From positions 1-24,755 of IMG/VR virus record IMGVR_UViG_3300016672_000091: a stretch of DNA of 24,755 nucleotides, one strand, 5' to 3'. This document shows positions 14,110 through 23,129 of the stretch, one piece after another. The notes beneath the pieces are model-generated. The model made no database searches, was not told where the DNA came from, and saw only the letters and a list, made by a program, of their open reading frames with translations. This DNA is from a virus. Lineage: Duplodnaviria > Caudoviricetes. Made by a program: the position numbers and the translations under genes. Every line of letters begins with the position of its first letter. The stretch's first letter is position 1.

Positions 14110-14805
14110 ATGGCACGCAAGTATTCATGCACCGAGGAACGATTTCTCAAAGACGCGGCAGCGCACCAGATGGAGGTGCTGCGCGATGACGGCGTGAATC
14201 GCCATCTGCGATTCAAGAACCCCGAGTCGAGCGCCTACTGGTTCGACATCCTCACTTGGCCCGGCACGCTGTGCGTTGACGGCGACATGGGCACCTTCGT
14301 GTTCCGGCGCCTGCATGACATGTTCGTGTTCTTCCGCACGGATCAGGAGCACTACGACCGGACTGGCCGAGCCGATCAGTTGGCGATCAACCCCAGCTAC
14401 TGGGACGAAAAGCTGCGCGCTCCCAATCCGCGCGATGCCCAAGAGTACAGCGCTGACGCTTTCCGCCAGCGCGTTCAAGAGGCTTTCGACAGCTGGAAGG
14501 AGAGCAATCAGCCAGACGAAGACGAATGGACCACCGACGCCGACCGGAGCCAATTTGCAGAGCAGCGGGATGCGCTCTGGGCCGCGCTGAAAGACGAGGT
14601 GCTCGCGCTTGCCGATGACGGCTCGATTCGCGCCTACGACGCAGCCCGCGACTTCCGCTGCGATGAAGTACCGGGTTTCAACATGGAGGACTGCTGGGAG
14701 TGGGACTGCCGCGAATTCAAGTTCGATTTCCTATGGAACTGCTACGCCATCGCGTGGGGCATCAAGACCTACGACAAGGCGAAGCAGCCGACCGCAGCCG
14801 CATAA
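14110..14805 (+). CDS. Phage hypothetical protein (acidic, aromatic-rich)
   Basis: GGAG RBS; HQMEVLRDDGVNRHLRF...YWFDILTWPG...INPSYWDEK; function unknown. Confidence 0.85.
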   Translation: MARKYSCTEERFLKDAAAHQMEVLRDDGVNRHLRFKNPESSAYWFDILTWPGTLCVDGDMGTFVFRRLHDMFVFFRTDQEHYDRTGRADQLAINPSYWDEKLRAPNPRDAQEYSADAFRQRVQEAFDSWKESNQPDEDEWTTDADRSQFAEQRDALWAALKDEVLALADDGSIRAYDAARDFRCDEVPGFNMEDCWEWDCREFKFDFLWNCYAIAWGIKTYDKAKQPTAAA

Positions 14806-14811
14806 CCAGCC

Positions 14812-14835
14812 AGCCCGCACCACGCGGGCTTTTTT
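14812..14835 (+). terminator. Intrinsic terminator
   Basis: AGCCCGC-ACCAC-GCGGGCT followed by a T run. Confidence 0.8.
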
Positions 14836-14851
14836 ACGCCCAGGAGGCGCA

Positions 14852-15049
14852 ATGCACAACGTCAACACACTGCTGCAGCCGGTGCTGCGCGTCACTGGCG
14901 CACCACCGCCGATCACCCCGCAAGAGCTGCAGCGCCTGCACAAGCAGGCCTGGGCCGAAGTGGCAGCACTAGAGGTCAGCGACAGCCGCTACCACCGCGC
15001 CCTGGCCGATCAGGTCCAGCACAACGCGCACATGGGGGTGTGGTCGTGA
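14852..15049 (+). CDS. Small hypothetical protein
   Basis: AGGAGG RBS before ATG 14852. Confidence 0.65.
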   Translation: MHNVNTLLQPVLRVTGAPPPITPQELQRLHKQAWAEVAALEVSDSRYHRALADQVQHNAHMGVWS

Positions 15050-15501
15050 AGATGGCAAAACCCTCAACACGCGACATCGACGCGGGCTATGACCTGCTGG
15101 GCGTCCTGAATGCCATTGATGCACGCTGGGGTGGTCCGTGGGCCACCGAAGGCCCTGACGACCTGGATGCCCTGGACCAGGATTTCGACGCCGACGAGCC
15201 CACCCACCTGCAAGCGCTCTACAACCACTTGGCGAAGCTGCTGCGTCGGGCGCCCGGCTTCCATGGGCGCGTGCTTGGTGGCATGTGCGCAGTCATCTGC
15301 TACGAGCGCAACGTGTTCCTCGATCCCGCATTGGACTACCTGGAACTGCACCCGGATGTGCTGGCTGGCCTGGAGTTGCTGGAGGCCAAGCGCGCCGATT
15401 TCTTCCCACGGCTGGAGCGCGAAGCGCGCGCTGCGGTGGCCGAAACCATCGAGCGTGCAGCAGCCCGCCACCTCTGCGAAATGCAAGGCGGTGCAGCGTG
15501 A
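15046..15501 (+). CDS. Hypothetical protein
   Basis: GTGA overlap (or ATG 15052); high-GC codon usage. Confidence 0.7.
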   Translation: MKMAKPSTRDIDAGYDLLGVLNAIDARWGGPWATEGPDDLDALDQDFDADEPTHLQALYNHLAKLLRRAPGFHGRVLGGMCAVICYERNVFLDPALDYLELHPDVLAGLELLEAKRADFFPRLEREARAAVAETIERAAARHLCEMQGGAA

Positions 15502-15668
15502 CCGACCCCATCCAAGACCACACCGCCCGCGTCCTTGCCTTCGCTGCATCCCAAGCAGCCCAGGCGGAAGCGAAGCGCCACAACGATGCAGCAGCGCAGC
15601 GCCAGCGTGAGGCTGCCGCCATTGGCGCGGAGCTGGACCCGGACGCACTTGAACAAGGAGAACCCTGA
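15498..15668 (+). CDS. Small Ala-rich hypothetical protein
   Basis: GTGA overlap at the start; TGATG overlap with the next gene. Confidence 0.55.
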   Translation: MTDPIQDHTARVLAFAASQAAQAEAKRHNDAAAQRQREAAAIGAELDPDALEQGEP

Positions 15669-15916
15669 TGCCCCCCTTTGAAAACCTCAAGGCTTTTTTC
15701 TGTATCGCTGCGGCAGTTCTGCTGACCTCGTTTGTGCTTGGCGGGAGCCACCTGCTGGACGGGCCCACCGAATGGGAGTCCAAGGCCGACGATGCCGCCA
15801 ATCTGCGCGATGCGCTGGCCCAGGCGCAGCAAGAGCGGCCCGACCTCTGGACACCCGAGCGCCGCGCTCGCGCAGATGCTGCTGCCGGGATGGTGGCACG
15901 GGGCGTGCAGCCATGA
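15668..15916 (+). CDS. Small protein with N-terminal TM helix
   Basis: AAGGAG RBS; FFCIAAAVLLTSFVLGG. Confidence 0.65.
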   Translation: MPPFENLKAFFCIAAAVLLTSFVLGGSHLLDGPTEWESKADDAANLRDALAQAQQERPDLWTPERRARADAAAGMVARGVQP

Positions 15917-16098
15917 AGGTCGTCAAGCAAGGCCAGCTGTCGCAAGACCAGATCCACCACGAAACCTGCGGCCACTGCAAGAGCGAGCTGGAATTCAAGC
16001 ACTCCGAGGTGCAGTGGTCGCCTGACCCGCGCGACGGCGCGCTCTGGTTCGTGATCTGCCCGGTGTGCACAAAGCACGTATGGGGGAGCCGCAAATGA
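15913..16098 (+). CDS. Small Zn-ribbon protein
   Basis: CGHC...CPVC; ATGA overlaps. Confidence 0.7.
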   Translation: MKVVKQGQLSQDQIHHETCGHCKSELEFKHSEVQWSPDPRDGALWFVICPVCTKHVWGSRK

Positions 16099-16316
16099 TC
16101 CAGCTCGCGCTCGCCTTCTTCGGGCTGGCCGCTCTCTACATGGCCACCGGCAACAACGCACGCGCCCGGCGCTGGGCGCCTCTGGTGGGCCTCTGCGGGC
16201 AGCCGTTCTGGCTTGTTTTCGCAGTGCAGTCATCCGCTTGGGGCCTGCTGGCCCTGTCTCTGGCCTACAGCGCGGTCTACGTGCGCGGCGCCTGGGTGCA
16301 GTGGAGGCAGCCATGA
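16095..16316 (+). CDS. Small three-helix membrane protein
   Basis: MIQLALAFFGLAALYM...VGLCGQPFW...WGLLALSLAYSAVYVRG. Confidence 0.7.
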   Translation: MIQLALAFFGLAALYMATGNNARARRWAPLVGLCGQPFWLVFAVQSSAWGLLALSLAYSAVYVRGAWVQWRQP

Positions 16317-16408
16317 AAGCCGCCCTCGCCGTCGCCGCATGGCTCATTTCCATATCCGCAGCCCTGGCCCTTTTCATGGTCTGGGTGCACCAACCATTTC
16401 TTCCTTGA
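16313..16408 (+). CDS. 31-aa single-TM peptide
   Basis: GGAGG RBS, ATGA overlap; MKAALAVAAWLISISAALALFMVWVHQPFLP (below the ORF-track cutoff). Confidence 0.55.
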   Translation: MKAALAVAAWLISISAALALFMVWVHQPFLP

Positions 16409-16415
16409 GGTTCAC

Positions 16416-17498
16416 ATGAATGCAGTAACGACGACAGAATCCAACGCCCTGGCGGTGAACAGCGCAAGCAGCTTCTCGCTCCTGATGGACCCCGCCAGCC
16501 TGGACCGGCTGGAGCGCATTGCCGACCTGATGGCCAGCGGCAAAACCACAATCCCGCAGCACCTGCGCGGCAGCAAGGGCGACTGCTTCGCCGTGGTGCT
16601 GCAATCCATGCAGTGGGGCATGAACCCCATTGCAGTGGCTCAGAAAACCCACTTGGTCAACGGCACTCTGGGCTACGAGGGGCAACTGGTGGCTGCCGTC
16701 ATCAACACGTCCAAGGCCGTGAAGGACCGATTCCACTTCGAGTGGTTCGGGCCGTGGGAAAAGGTGATCGGCAAGTTCGTCATCAAGCGTAGCGAAAAGG
16801 GCGAGTACCGCGTGCCCGGCTGGGCCATGGCCGATGAAGAAGGGTGCGGCATCCGCGTTTGGGCCACCGTGAAGGGCGAGACGGAGCCGCGCACCTTGGA
16901 GCTGCTGCTGGCCCAAGCGCGTGTGCGCAATTCCACCCAGTGGGCGGATGACCCAAAGCAGCAGCTGGCCTACCTGGCGCAAAAGAAGTGGTCCCGCCTG
17001 TATGCACCCGACGTGATCCTGGGCGTCTACACGCCAGATGAGCTGGTCGAGCAAGGCGAGAAGTTCATGGGAGCGGTGGACGAGGTGAAGCCCGAGCCTA
17101 CGCCCTACCCCGCCGACCAGTTCGAAGCAAACCTTCCGGCCTGGAAGAAGGTGATCGAAGGCGGTCGTAAGACCCCCGACGACCTGATCCAGTTCGCCCA
17201 ATCCCGCAACCCGAATACGCCCTTCACCGAAGAGCAGAAGGCAACGCTGCGCGAAATCAAGCCGGCGAAGAACGCAACCGCCACCGACGTGTTGCCCAAG
17301 GGCGAAACGGCAGCGCCTGCGGCCGACACCGGCCCCGCCGTCACCTTCGCCCAGGTCAGCGACAAGCTGCACGCGGCCAAGGACGTGGACGCACTCCACC
17401 TCGCGGCCGACCTGGTTTCTCAGGTGCCAGACACCCAGCAGCAGGCCGAGCTGAATGCGCTCTACGAGCAGCGCCTGGGCGAGTTCGCCCCCGGCTAA
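16416..17498 (+). CDS. recT: RecT-family single-strand annealing recombinase
   Basis: IPQHLRG.KGDC.AVVLQSMQWGMNP.AVAQKTHLVNGTLGYE...W..DPKQQLAY...PDVILGVYTPDEL. Confidence 0.85.
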   Translation: MNAVTTTESNALAVNSASSFSLLMDPASLDRLERIADLMASGKTTIPQHLRGSKGDCFAVVLQSMQWGMNPIAVAQKTHLVNGTLGYEGQLVAAVINTSKAVKDRFHFEWFGPWEKVIGKFVIKRSEKGEYRVPGWAMADEEGCGIRVWATVKGETEPRTLELLLAQARVRNSTQWADDPKQQLAYLAQKKWSRLYAPDVILGVYTPDELVEQGEKFMGAVDEVKPEPTPYPADQFEANLPAWKKVIEGGRKTPDDLIQFAQSRNPNTPFTEEQKATLREIKPAKNATATDVLPKGETAAPAADTGPAVTFAQVSDKLHAAKDVDALHLAADLVSQVPDTQQQAELNALYEQRLGEFAPG

Positions 17499-17501
17499 TT
17501 C

Positions 17502-17542
17502 GCTATCACAAGGATAGCTATCCGCGCTTTCCAGTTAAGCGC
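17502..17542. repeat. REP-like double hairpin between recT and the exonuclease gene
   Basis: GCTATC-ACAAG-GATAGC then GCGCTT-N7-AAGCGC. Confidence 0.5.
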
Positions 17543-17568
17543 CTTACCAGGATTTTTAGGAGATTCCC

Positions 17569-19353
17569 ATGCAAGTGCACAACCTCACCCAAGGCAGCCC
17601 GGAATGGCATGCCTACCGCCGCAACCACTTCAACGCCAGCGACGCGCCCGCCATGCTGGGCTGCAGCCCGTACAAGACGCGGGACCAGTTGATCGCAGAG
17701 CTGGCTACGGGGATCGTCCCAGAGGTGGATGCAGCCACGCAACGCATCTTCGACGCTGGCCACCACTTCGAAGCCCTGGCCCGCCCGCTGGCAGAGAAGA
17801 TCATTGGTGAAGAACTGGCGCCCCTGGTGGGCAGCAACGGCAAGTACAGCGCCAGCTTCGACGGTGTGACCCTCATGGGTGACACAGGCTGGGAGCACAA
17901 GAGCCTGAATGCGGAGTTGCGCGCCGCGATGGTGGACGGGTGCACCGGCGCGGATCTGCCAAAGGTCTACCGCGTGCAGATGGAGCAGCAGTGCCTGGTG
18001 GAGGAAGCCCTGACCCGTGTGCTGTTCACCGCTTCAAAATGGAGCGACGACGAACTGGTGGAAGCTCGCCACTGCTGGTACACGCCAGATGCAGCCTTGC
18101 GCGCCGAGATCGTGGCGGGGTGGGCTCTTTTGGAAAAGGATGTGGCCGCCTGGGTGCCGCCCGAAGCCGCTCCCGCCCCCACCGTGAAGAAAGCCGTAGC
18201 CAGCCTGCCGGTGGTGTTCGACATGCGCGTAGAGGGCAAGCTGGTGGCCTGCAACTTGGAGCAGTACAAGCCCGCAGCACTGGCCTACATCGCAGCCATC
18301 AACACCGAGCTGGCCAGCGATCAGGACTTTGCCGATGCCGATGCTGATGCAAGGTTCTGCCGCGACTCCGCCGACAAGCTGGAGTTGGCGATAGAGCAGG
18401 CATTGGGCCAGATGGGCGACATCAACACCGCGCTCAACACCGTGCGCGAGATCGCCGCCGCCTTCGACGCCAAGGGCCTCGCGCTGGAAAAGCTGGTCAA
18501 GGCGCGCAAAGACGACATAAAGCTGGCCGAGGTGCAGCGCGGGCAGAAGGAGCTGGCGGAACACATTGCCACGCTGAATGCCGCGATGCCAGCCGCCTAC
18601 ATGCCCCCAGTGCCCGCCGACTTCGGCGCAGCGGTCAGAAACAAGCGCACCGTGGACAGCCTGCGCAGTTCCGTGAACGACGAACTGGCCCGCGCCAAGA
18701 TCGCCGCCAGCGAGATCGCCAACCGCATCCACGCCAACGTCAAAGCACTGCAGGCCAGTGGCTTGGTGGTGCCAGATACAGCCGCTCTGGTGCTCAAGGC
18801 GCCCGATGACTTGGCCGCCATCATCACCAACCGGGTGACGGCAGAGCAGCAGCGCCTGGAAGCCGACCGCGAGCGCATCCGCAAGGAAGAAGCAGACCGC
18901 GCCGACCGTGAGGCGCGCGAAAAGCTGGCCGCCGACGAACGCGCCGCGCAGGCTGCCATCACCCAGGCAGCGAAGGCGGAAACGCTGCATCCGGCGGTGG
19001 CTACCGACCTGGGCACCCTGGTGTGCGAACGGCACGCAGAGGCAGTGGCCGGGCTGGACGCGCAGCAGGTGATCGGGACTGCGCAGCGCGCGGCAGCGGC
19101 AGGGCCTGCGGTGGTTCCGCTGCCCGCCGCAACGCCAGCAGACCGCGCAGGCACGCCGACGCTCAAGCTGGGGTCGATCAATGAACGCCTGGGCGGCGTG
19201 CTCACCATCAGCGCGGATGGGCTGCGCGCCTTGGGATTCGAGGTCGCTGCCCGCGAGCGCGGCGCATGCCTGTACCACGAGGCCGACTTTCCGCTGATCC
19301 TGGCCGCCCTGGTGCGCCACATCGAGGGCGTGCAGGCGAAAGCTGCTGCCTGA
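17569..19353 (+). CDS. YqaJ/lambda-exonuclease-like protein with long coiled-coil tail
   Basis: QGSPEWHAYR...ASDAPAMLG.SPYKTR...GH.FE.LAR...ASFDG...WEHK...YRVQMEQQ. Confidence 0.9.
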   Translation: MQVHNLTQGSPEWHAYRRNHFNASDAPAMLGCSPYKTRDQLIAELATGIVPEVDAATQRIFDAGHHFEALARPLAEKIIGEELAPLVGSNGKYSASFDGVTLMGDTGWEHKSLNAELRAAMVDGCTGADLPKVYRVQMEQQCLVEEALTRVLFTASKWSDDELVEARHCWYTPDAALRAEIVAGWALLEKDVAAWVPPEAAPAPTVKKAVASLPVVFDMRVEGKLVACNLEQYKPAALAYIAAINTELASDQDFADADADARFCRDSADKLELAIEQALGQMGDINTALNTVREIAAAFDAKGLALEKLVKARKDDIKLAEVQRGQKELAEHIATLNAAMPAAYMPPVPADFGAAVRNKRTVDSLRSSVNDELARAKIAASEIANRIHANVKALQASGLVVPDTAALVLKAPDDLAAIITNRVTAEQQRLEADRERIRKEEADRADREAREKLAADERAAQAAITQAAKAETLHPAVATDLGTLVCERHAEAVAGLDAQQVIGTAQRAAAAGPAVVPLPAATPADRAGTPTLKLGSINERLGGVLTISADGLRALGFEVAARERGACLYHEADFPLILAALVRHIEGVQAKAAA

Positions 19354-19415
19354 TCCCGCCCTACCCCGCAACCAAGGCCCGCCACGCGCGGGCCGCTTTC
19401 ATTCTGGAGATCCCC

Positions 19416-19724
19416 GTGAACATCAAACGCATCGCCCCCGCCGCTTTTTCCGACGAGCCCTACACGCCCATTCCCATGGCGCCTGTCACCAGCAATCAGG
19501 TGGCGGCCATCGGCCACGACCCGGCCACCAACACCCTGGCCGTGACCTTCACGCGCGGCCCGGGCCACGTTTACCACTACCCCGACGTTTCGGCCGAGTT
19601 GCACGCCAAGTTCGTTGGCGCCGAGTCCATCGGCACGTTCTTCGGCCAGCACATCAAGCCGCTGCCGTTCAAGAAGTTCCCGGCACCAAAGGCGAAGGGT
19701 GAAGAGGCCAAGGCCGCCGCCTGA
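19416..19724 (+). CDS. KTSC domain protein
   Basis: GGAGA RBS + GTG; PVTSNQVAAIGHDPATNTLAVTF...YHYPDV...AESIGTFF..HIK. Confidence 0.85.
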   Translation: MNIKRIAPAAFSDEPYTPIPMAPVTSNQVAAIGHDPATNTLAVTFTRGPGHVYHYPDVSAELHAKFVGAESIGTFFGQHIKPLPFKKFPAPKAKGEEAKAAA

Positions 19725-19745
19725 CCCACCCAGCAACCCAACCCC

Positions 19746-19770
19746 AAGCCACCCACGCGGTGGCTTTTTT
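19746..19770 (+). terminator. Intrinsic terminator
   Basis: AAGCCACC-CACGC-GGTGGCTT followed by a T run. Confidence 0.75.
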
Positions 19771-19780
19771 ACGACCACCT

Positions 19781-22279
19781 ATGACTGACTACGCCGAATT
19801 CCTCCGGGCCAAGATCAAGCTGGCCAGCTTCAAGGGTGTGACCTTGGAGCCTTCCGCGATTCACCCAAAACTCTTCCCATTCCAGAATGACATCGTTCGC
19901 TGGGCTGTGCAGGGCGGCAACCGTGCCATCTTTGCGAAGTTCGGCCTTGGAAAGTCTGTGATGCAGTGCGAGTGGCTGCGACAGATCATCGGAGCTGCAG
20001 GTGGACTTGGGCTGATCGTCTGCCCACTTGGGGTGCGCCAAGAGCTGATCCGGGACGCTGCGATGTTGGGTATCACCCTGGTTTTCATTCGTTCGGCGGC
20101 AGAGATCGTGGATGGCCAGGCCTTCTACATCACCAACTACGAAACCATCCGCGACGGCAAACTGGACCCGGCACTGTTCAAGGCGGTGAGCCTGGACGAA
20201 GCGAGCGTACTGCGCAGCTTCGGCAGCAAGACCTATCAGGAGTTCCTGCCGCTGTTTGAGGCGGTTGAATTCAAGCTGGTCAACACTGCGACACCCAGCC
20301 CGAACAGGTTCAAGGAGTTGATTCACTACGCAGGGTTCCTTGGGGTGATGGACACCGGCCAGGCGCTGACCCGGTTTTTCCAGCGCGACAGCGAGAAGGC
20401 AGGAAACCTGACGCTGTACCCGCACAAGGAGCAAGAGTTCTGGCTGTGGGTGTCGAGCTGGGCAGTGTTCATCCAGTACCCGAGCGACCTGGGGTACAGC
20501 GATGAGGGGTACAACCTGCCTCCTATCGAGGTGGTGTATCACGAGGTGCCAACCGACTACTCGCTGGCGGGCACAGATCGCGATGGCCAGGGCCTGATGT
20601 TCCAAGACCCCGCAATGGGCCTGAGCGCGGCCGCCACAGAAAAACGCGACAGCATGCCCGCCCGCGTGGCCAAAGTGGCGGAAATCGTGATCAGCGCCCC
20701 AGCCGATCACTTCGTCATCTGGCATGACCTGGAGGCCGAGCGTCACGCCCTGCAGCAGGCCTTGCCGGATGCAGTCAGCGTCTGGGGGAGCCAGGACCTG
20801 GACATGCGTGAGGACCGCATCCGCGACTTCGGGGAAGGCAAGTTCCGCCTGCTGTCCACCAAGCCGGTGATTGCTGGCAGCGGCTGCAACTTCCAGCGCC
20901 ACTGCCACCGCGAGATCTTCGCGGGCATCGGCTTCAAGTTCAACGACTTCATTCAGGCCATCCACCGCGTACAGCGGTTTCAACAGCCGCACGCCGTGCG
21001 CATCGACATCGTTTACAGCGAGGCCGAGCGCGAAGTCCTGCGCACCCTGCAAGCGAAGTGGGTGCAACACGAGGAAATGGTTCAGAACATGACCGCAATC
21101 ATCAAGCAATACGGCCTCAACCAGCTGGCCATGCAGGAAACGCTGGCACGCTCCATCGGCGTCGATCGCATTGAGGTCAAGGGCGATCTCTTCACGGTTG
21201 CCAACAATGACTGCGTGGAGGAGGCGAAGGTTCAACCAGAGAACCATGTGGACCTGATCGTCACGTCCATCCCGTTCGCCAATCACTACGAGTACAGCCC
21301 CAGTTACAACGACTTCGGCCACACCGAGAACAACGATCACTTCTGGGCGCAGATGGATCACCTGACCCCTGAACTGCTGCGCATCCTCAAGCCAGGTCGC
21401 ATCTACGCCTGCCACGTCAAGGACCGGATCCTGTTCGGCAATGTGACCGGCGCCGGAGCGCCCACGGTGAGCCCATTCCACTGCGAAGCCATCATGCACG
21501 GTCGCAAACACGGCTTTGACTATATGGGGCTGATCACGGTGGTGACTGATGTGGTCCGGGAGAACAACCAGACATACCGCTTGGGCTGGAGCGAGCAGTG
21601 CAAGGACGGCACAAAAATGGGTGTTGGCTCACCTGAATACGTGGTTCTGTTCCGGAAGCCGCAGACCGACCGATCGAAGGGCTACGCCGATGTTCCGGTG
21701 AAGAAGTCCAAAGAGGAATACACGCGCGCCCACTGGCAGGTGGATGCGCATGCCTTCTGGCGATCGAGCGGCAACCGGCAGATCACGGCCGAAGAACTCG
21801 CAGGCCTTGGGCCTGACAAGCTGGCCAGCCTGTTCACCCAATACAGCCTGCAGCAGGTCTACGACTATGAGTTCCACATCCGGATCGGCGAAGAACTGGA
21901 AGCCCGGGGCGCGCTGCCGTCCACCTTCATGAGCCTGGCTCCAGGGAGCCACCACCCGGACGTGTGGCATGACGTGACACGCATGCTGACCTTGAACAGC
22001 GACCAGTCCCGGCGCGCGGTGGAGAAGCATGTCTGCCCACTGCAATTCGACATCGTTGACCGGCTGATCGAGCGCTACAGCAATCCAGGCGAGCTGGTGT
22101 ACGACCCCTTCTGCGGCCTAGGAACCGTTCCCTACCGCGCGATCCTCAAGGGACGGCGCGGCGGCGGATCGGAACTCAACGCCGGGTACTTCATGGACCA
22201 GGTGCACTACCTCCGATCAGCTGAGCGCCAGGTGAGCATGCCATCGCTGTTTGACGCGCTGGAAACAGAGGCTGCGTGA
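19781..22279 (+). CDS. SNF2-like helicase fused to an N4/N6 (beta-class) DNA methyltransferase
   Basis: GLGKS, LDEAS, TATPSPN, QAIHRVQRFQQ helicase motifs; VTSIPF, HVCPLQ and DPFCGLGT methyltransferase motifs. Confidence 0.9.
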   Translation: MTDYAEFLRAKIKLASFKGVTLEPSAIHPKLFPFQNDIVRWAVQGGNRAIFAKFGLGKSVMQCEWLRQIIGAAGGLGLIVCPLGVRQELIRDAAMLGITLVFIRSAAEIVDGQAFYITNYETIRDGKLDPALFKAVSLDEASVLRSFGSKTYQEFLPLFEAVEFKLVNTATPSPNRFKELIHYAGFLGVMDTGQALTRFFQRDSEKAGNLTLYPHKEQEFWLWVSSWAVFIQYPSDLGYSDEGYNLPPIEVVYHEVPTDYSLAGTDRDGQGLMFQDPAMGLSAAATEKRDSMPARVAKVAEIVISAPADHFVIWHDLEAERHALQQALPDAVSVWGSQDLDMREDRIRDFGEGKFRLLSTKPVIAGSGCNFQRHCHREIFAGIGFKFNDFIQAIHRVQRFQQPHAVRIDIVYSEAEREVLRTLQAKWVQHEEMVQNMTAIIKQYGLNQLAMQETLARSIGVDRIEVKGDLFTVANNDCVEEAKVQPENHVDLIVTSIPFANHYEYSPSYNDFGHTENNDHFWAQMDHLTPELLRILKPGRIYACHVKDRILFGNVTGAGAPTVSPFHCEAIMHGRKHGFDYMGLITVVTDVVRENNQTYRLGWSEQCKDGTKMGVGSPEYVVLFRKPQTDRSKGYADVPVKKSKEEYTRAHWQVDAHAFWRSSGNRQITAEELAGLGPDKLASLFTQYSLQQVYDYEFHIRIGEELEARGALPSTFMSLAPGSHHPDVWHDVTRMLTLNSDQSRRAVEKHVCPLQFDIVDRLIERYSNPGELVYDPFCGLGTVPYRAILKGRRGGGSELNAGYFMDQVHYLRSAERQVSMPSLFDALETEAA

Positions 22280-22283
22280 GGCC

Positions 22284-22547
22284 ATGGCCAGAGGCTCCAA
22301 GCACGGCCTACACCGGGACGAATGGGAGCAGCGCAGGACCGAGTTCTGCGCGCGCGGCCAAGACCTCCCGCAATCGAAGCTGATGGATCTGGACGTTGTG
22401 GCCATCCGATCAGCCAAGCGGCAGCGCGAGAGCTTGCTCAAGCACATCCGCGAAAACCTATCCAACGCCGCGCTCGCCCGCCAGTTCGGTGTGCACGAGC
22501 GCAGCATCGAAAAGATCATGAGCAGAGAGACATGGACGCACATCTGA
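22284..22547 (+). CDS. Small HTH-containing protein
   Basis: ARGQDLPQSKL...SNAALARQFGVHERSIEKI. Confidence 0.65.
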   Translation: MARGSKHGLHRDEWEQRRTEFCARGQDLPQSKLMDLDVVAIRSAKRQRESLLKHIRENLSNAALARQFGVHERSIEKIMSRETWTHI

Positions 22548-22696
22548 AATCTGCCGAGCTGCAACAACCCCAGCGCTGGCCGTTCGCCATCCAGCAGCCG
22601 AAGCCCGAGCACCGCACCTGCCTGGGCTGCGGCGCCCGCCATCCCGTCAACCAGGACGGCACGCCCGTGGGCGGTGCCCTTCCCTGCGGGCACTGA
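22532..22696 (+). CDS. Small Cys-containing hypothetical protein
   Basis: MDAHLK...CLGCG...LPCGH; fills the gap before 22699. Confidence 0.5.
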   Translation: MDAHLKSAELQQPQRWPFAIQQPKPEHRTCLGCGARHPVNQDGTPVGGALPCGH

Positions 22697-22698
22697 CC

Positions 22699-23100
22699 AT
22701 GCCAAATCCTCCAGCAACCCGCGACGCCATCACCGCCGCGCTGAAAGAGTGCGGCCCCATGAGCGTGCCGGAGATCGCAGAGCACCTGGGCATGGCTCGA
22801 AACCGGATCAACACCTGCATGACCACGGCCAGAAAGAACCACCCAGGCCGGTACTTCCGCATCGTGCGCTACCGGCCGCAGGTGGGCGTCAGCGGGCGCG
22901 AGACGCCGATCTACTCAGCCAGCCCAGGCCCGGATGCTCCGCGCCCGGTCTTCGACGTGGCCCAGGGGCGGCGCGACTACTACCAGCGCAACCGCACCCG
23001 CCTCGCGGTTGAGCGCCACAGACGGCGCGGGGTCGAAGCCACATGGCTTTCTGGCCTCGTTCCGCTGGATCGCAGAACACATCCAACAGCCCGCACGTAG
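22699..23100 (+). CDS. Winged-HTH DNA-binding protein
   Basis: AITAALKECGPMSVPEIAEHLGMARNRIN. Confidence 0.7.
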   Translation: MPNPPATRDAITAALKECGPMSVPEIAEHLGMARNRINTCMTTARKNHPGRYFRIVRYRPQVGVSGRETPIYSASPGPDAPRPVFDVAQGRRDYYQRNRTRLAVERHRRRGVEATWLSGLVPLDRRTHPTART

Positions 23101-23129
23101 CGGGCTCTATCTTTTCCGGAGAACCACCC

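Noticed and set aside
13645-14216. ORFs of 88-170 aa over the PL leader
   Set aside because: No RBS, low-complexity Arg/Pro/Gly content, and they run through tandem terminators.
15064-21511. Long minus-strand ORFs (15064-16551, 16374-17399, 18034-19371, 18597-19778, 19769-21511)
   Set aside because: Antisense shadows of recT, yqaJ and the helicase-MTase.
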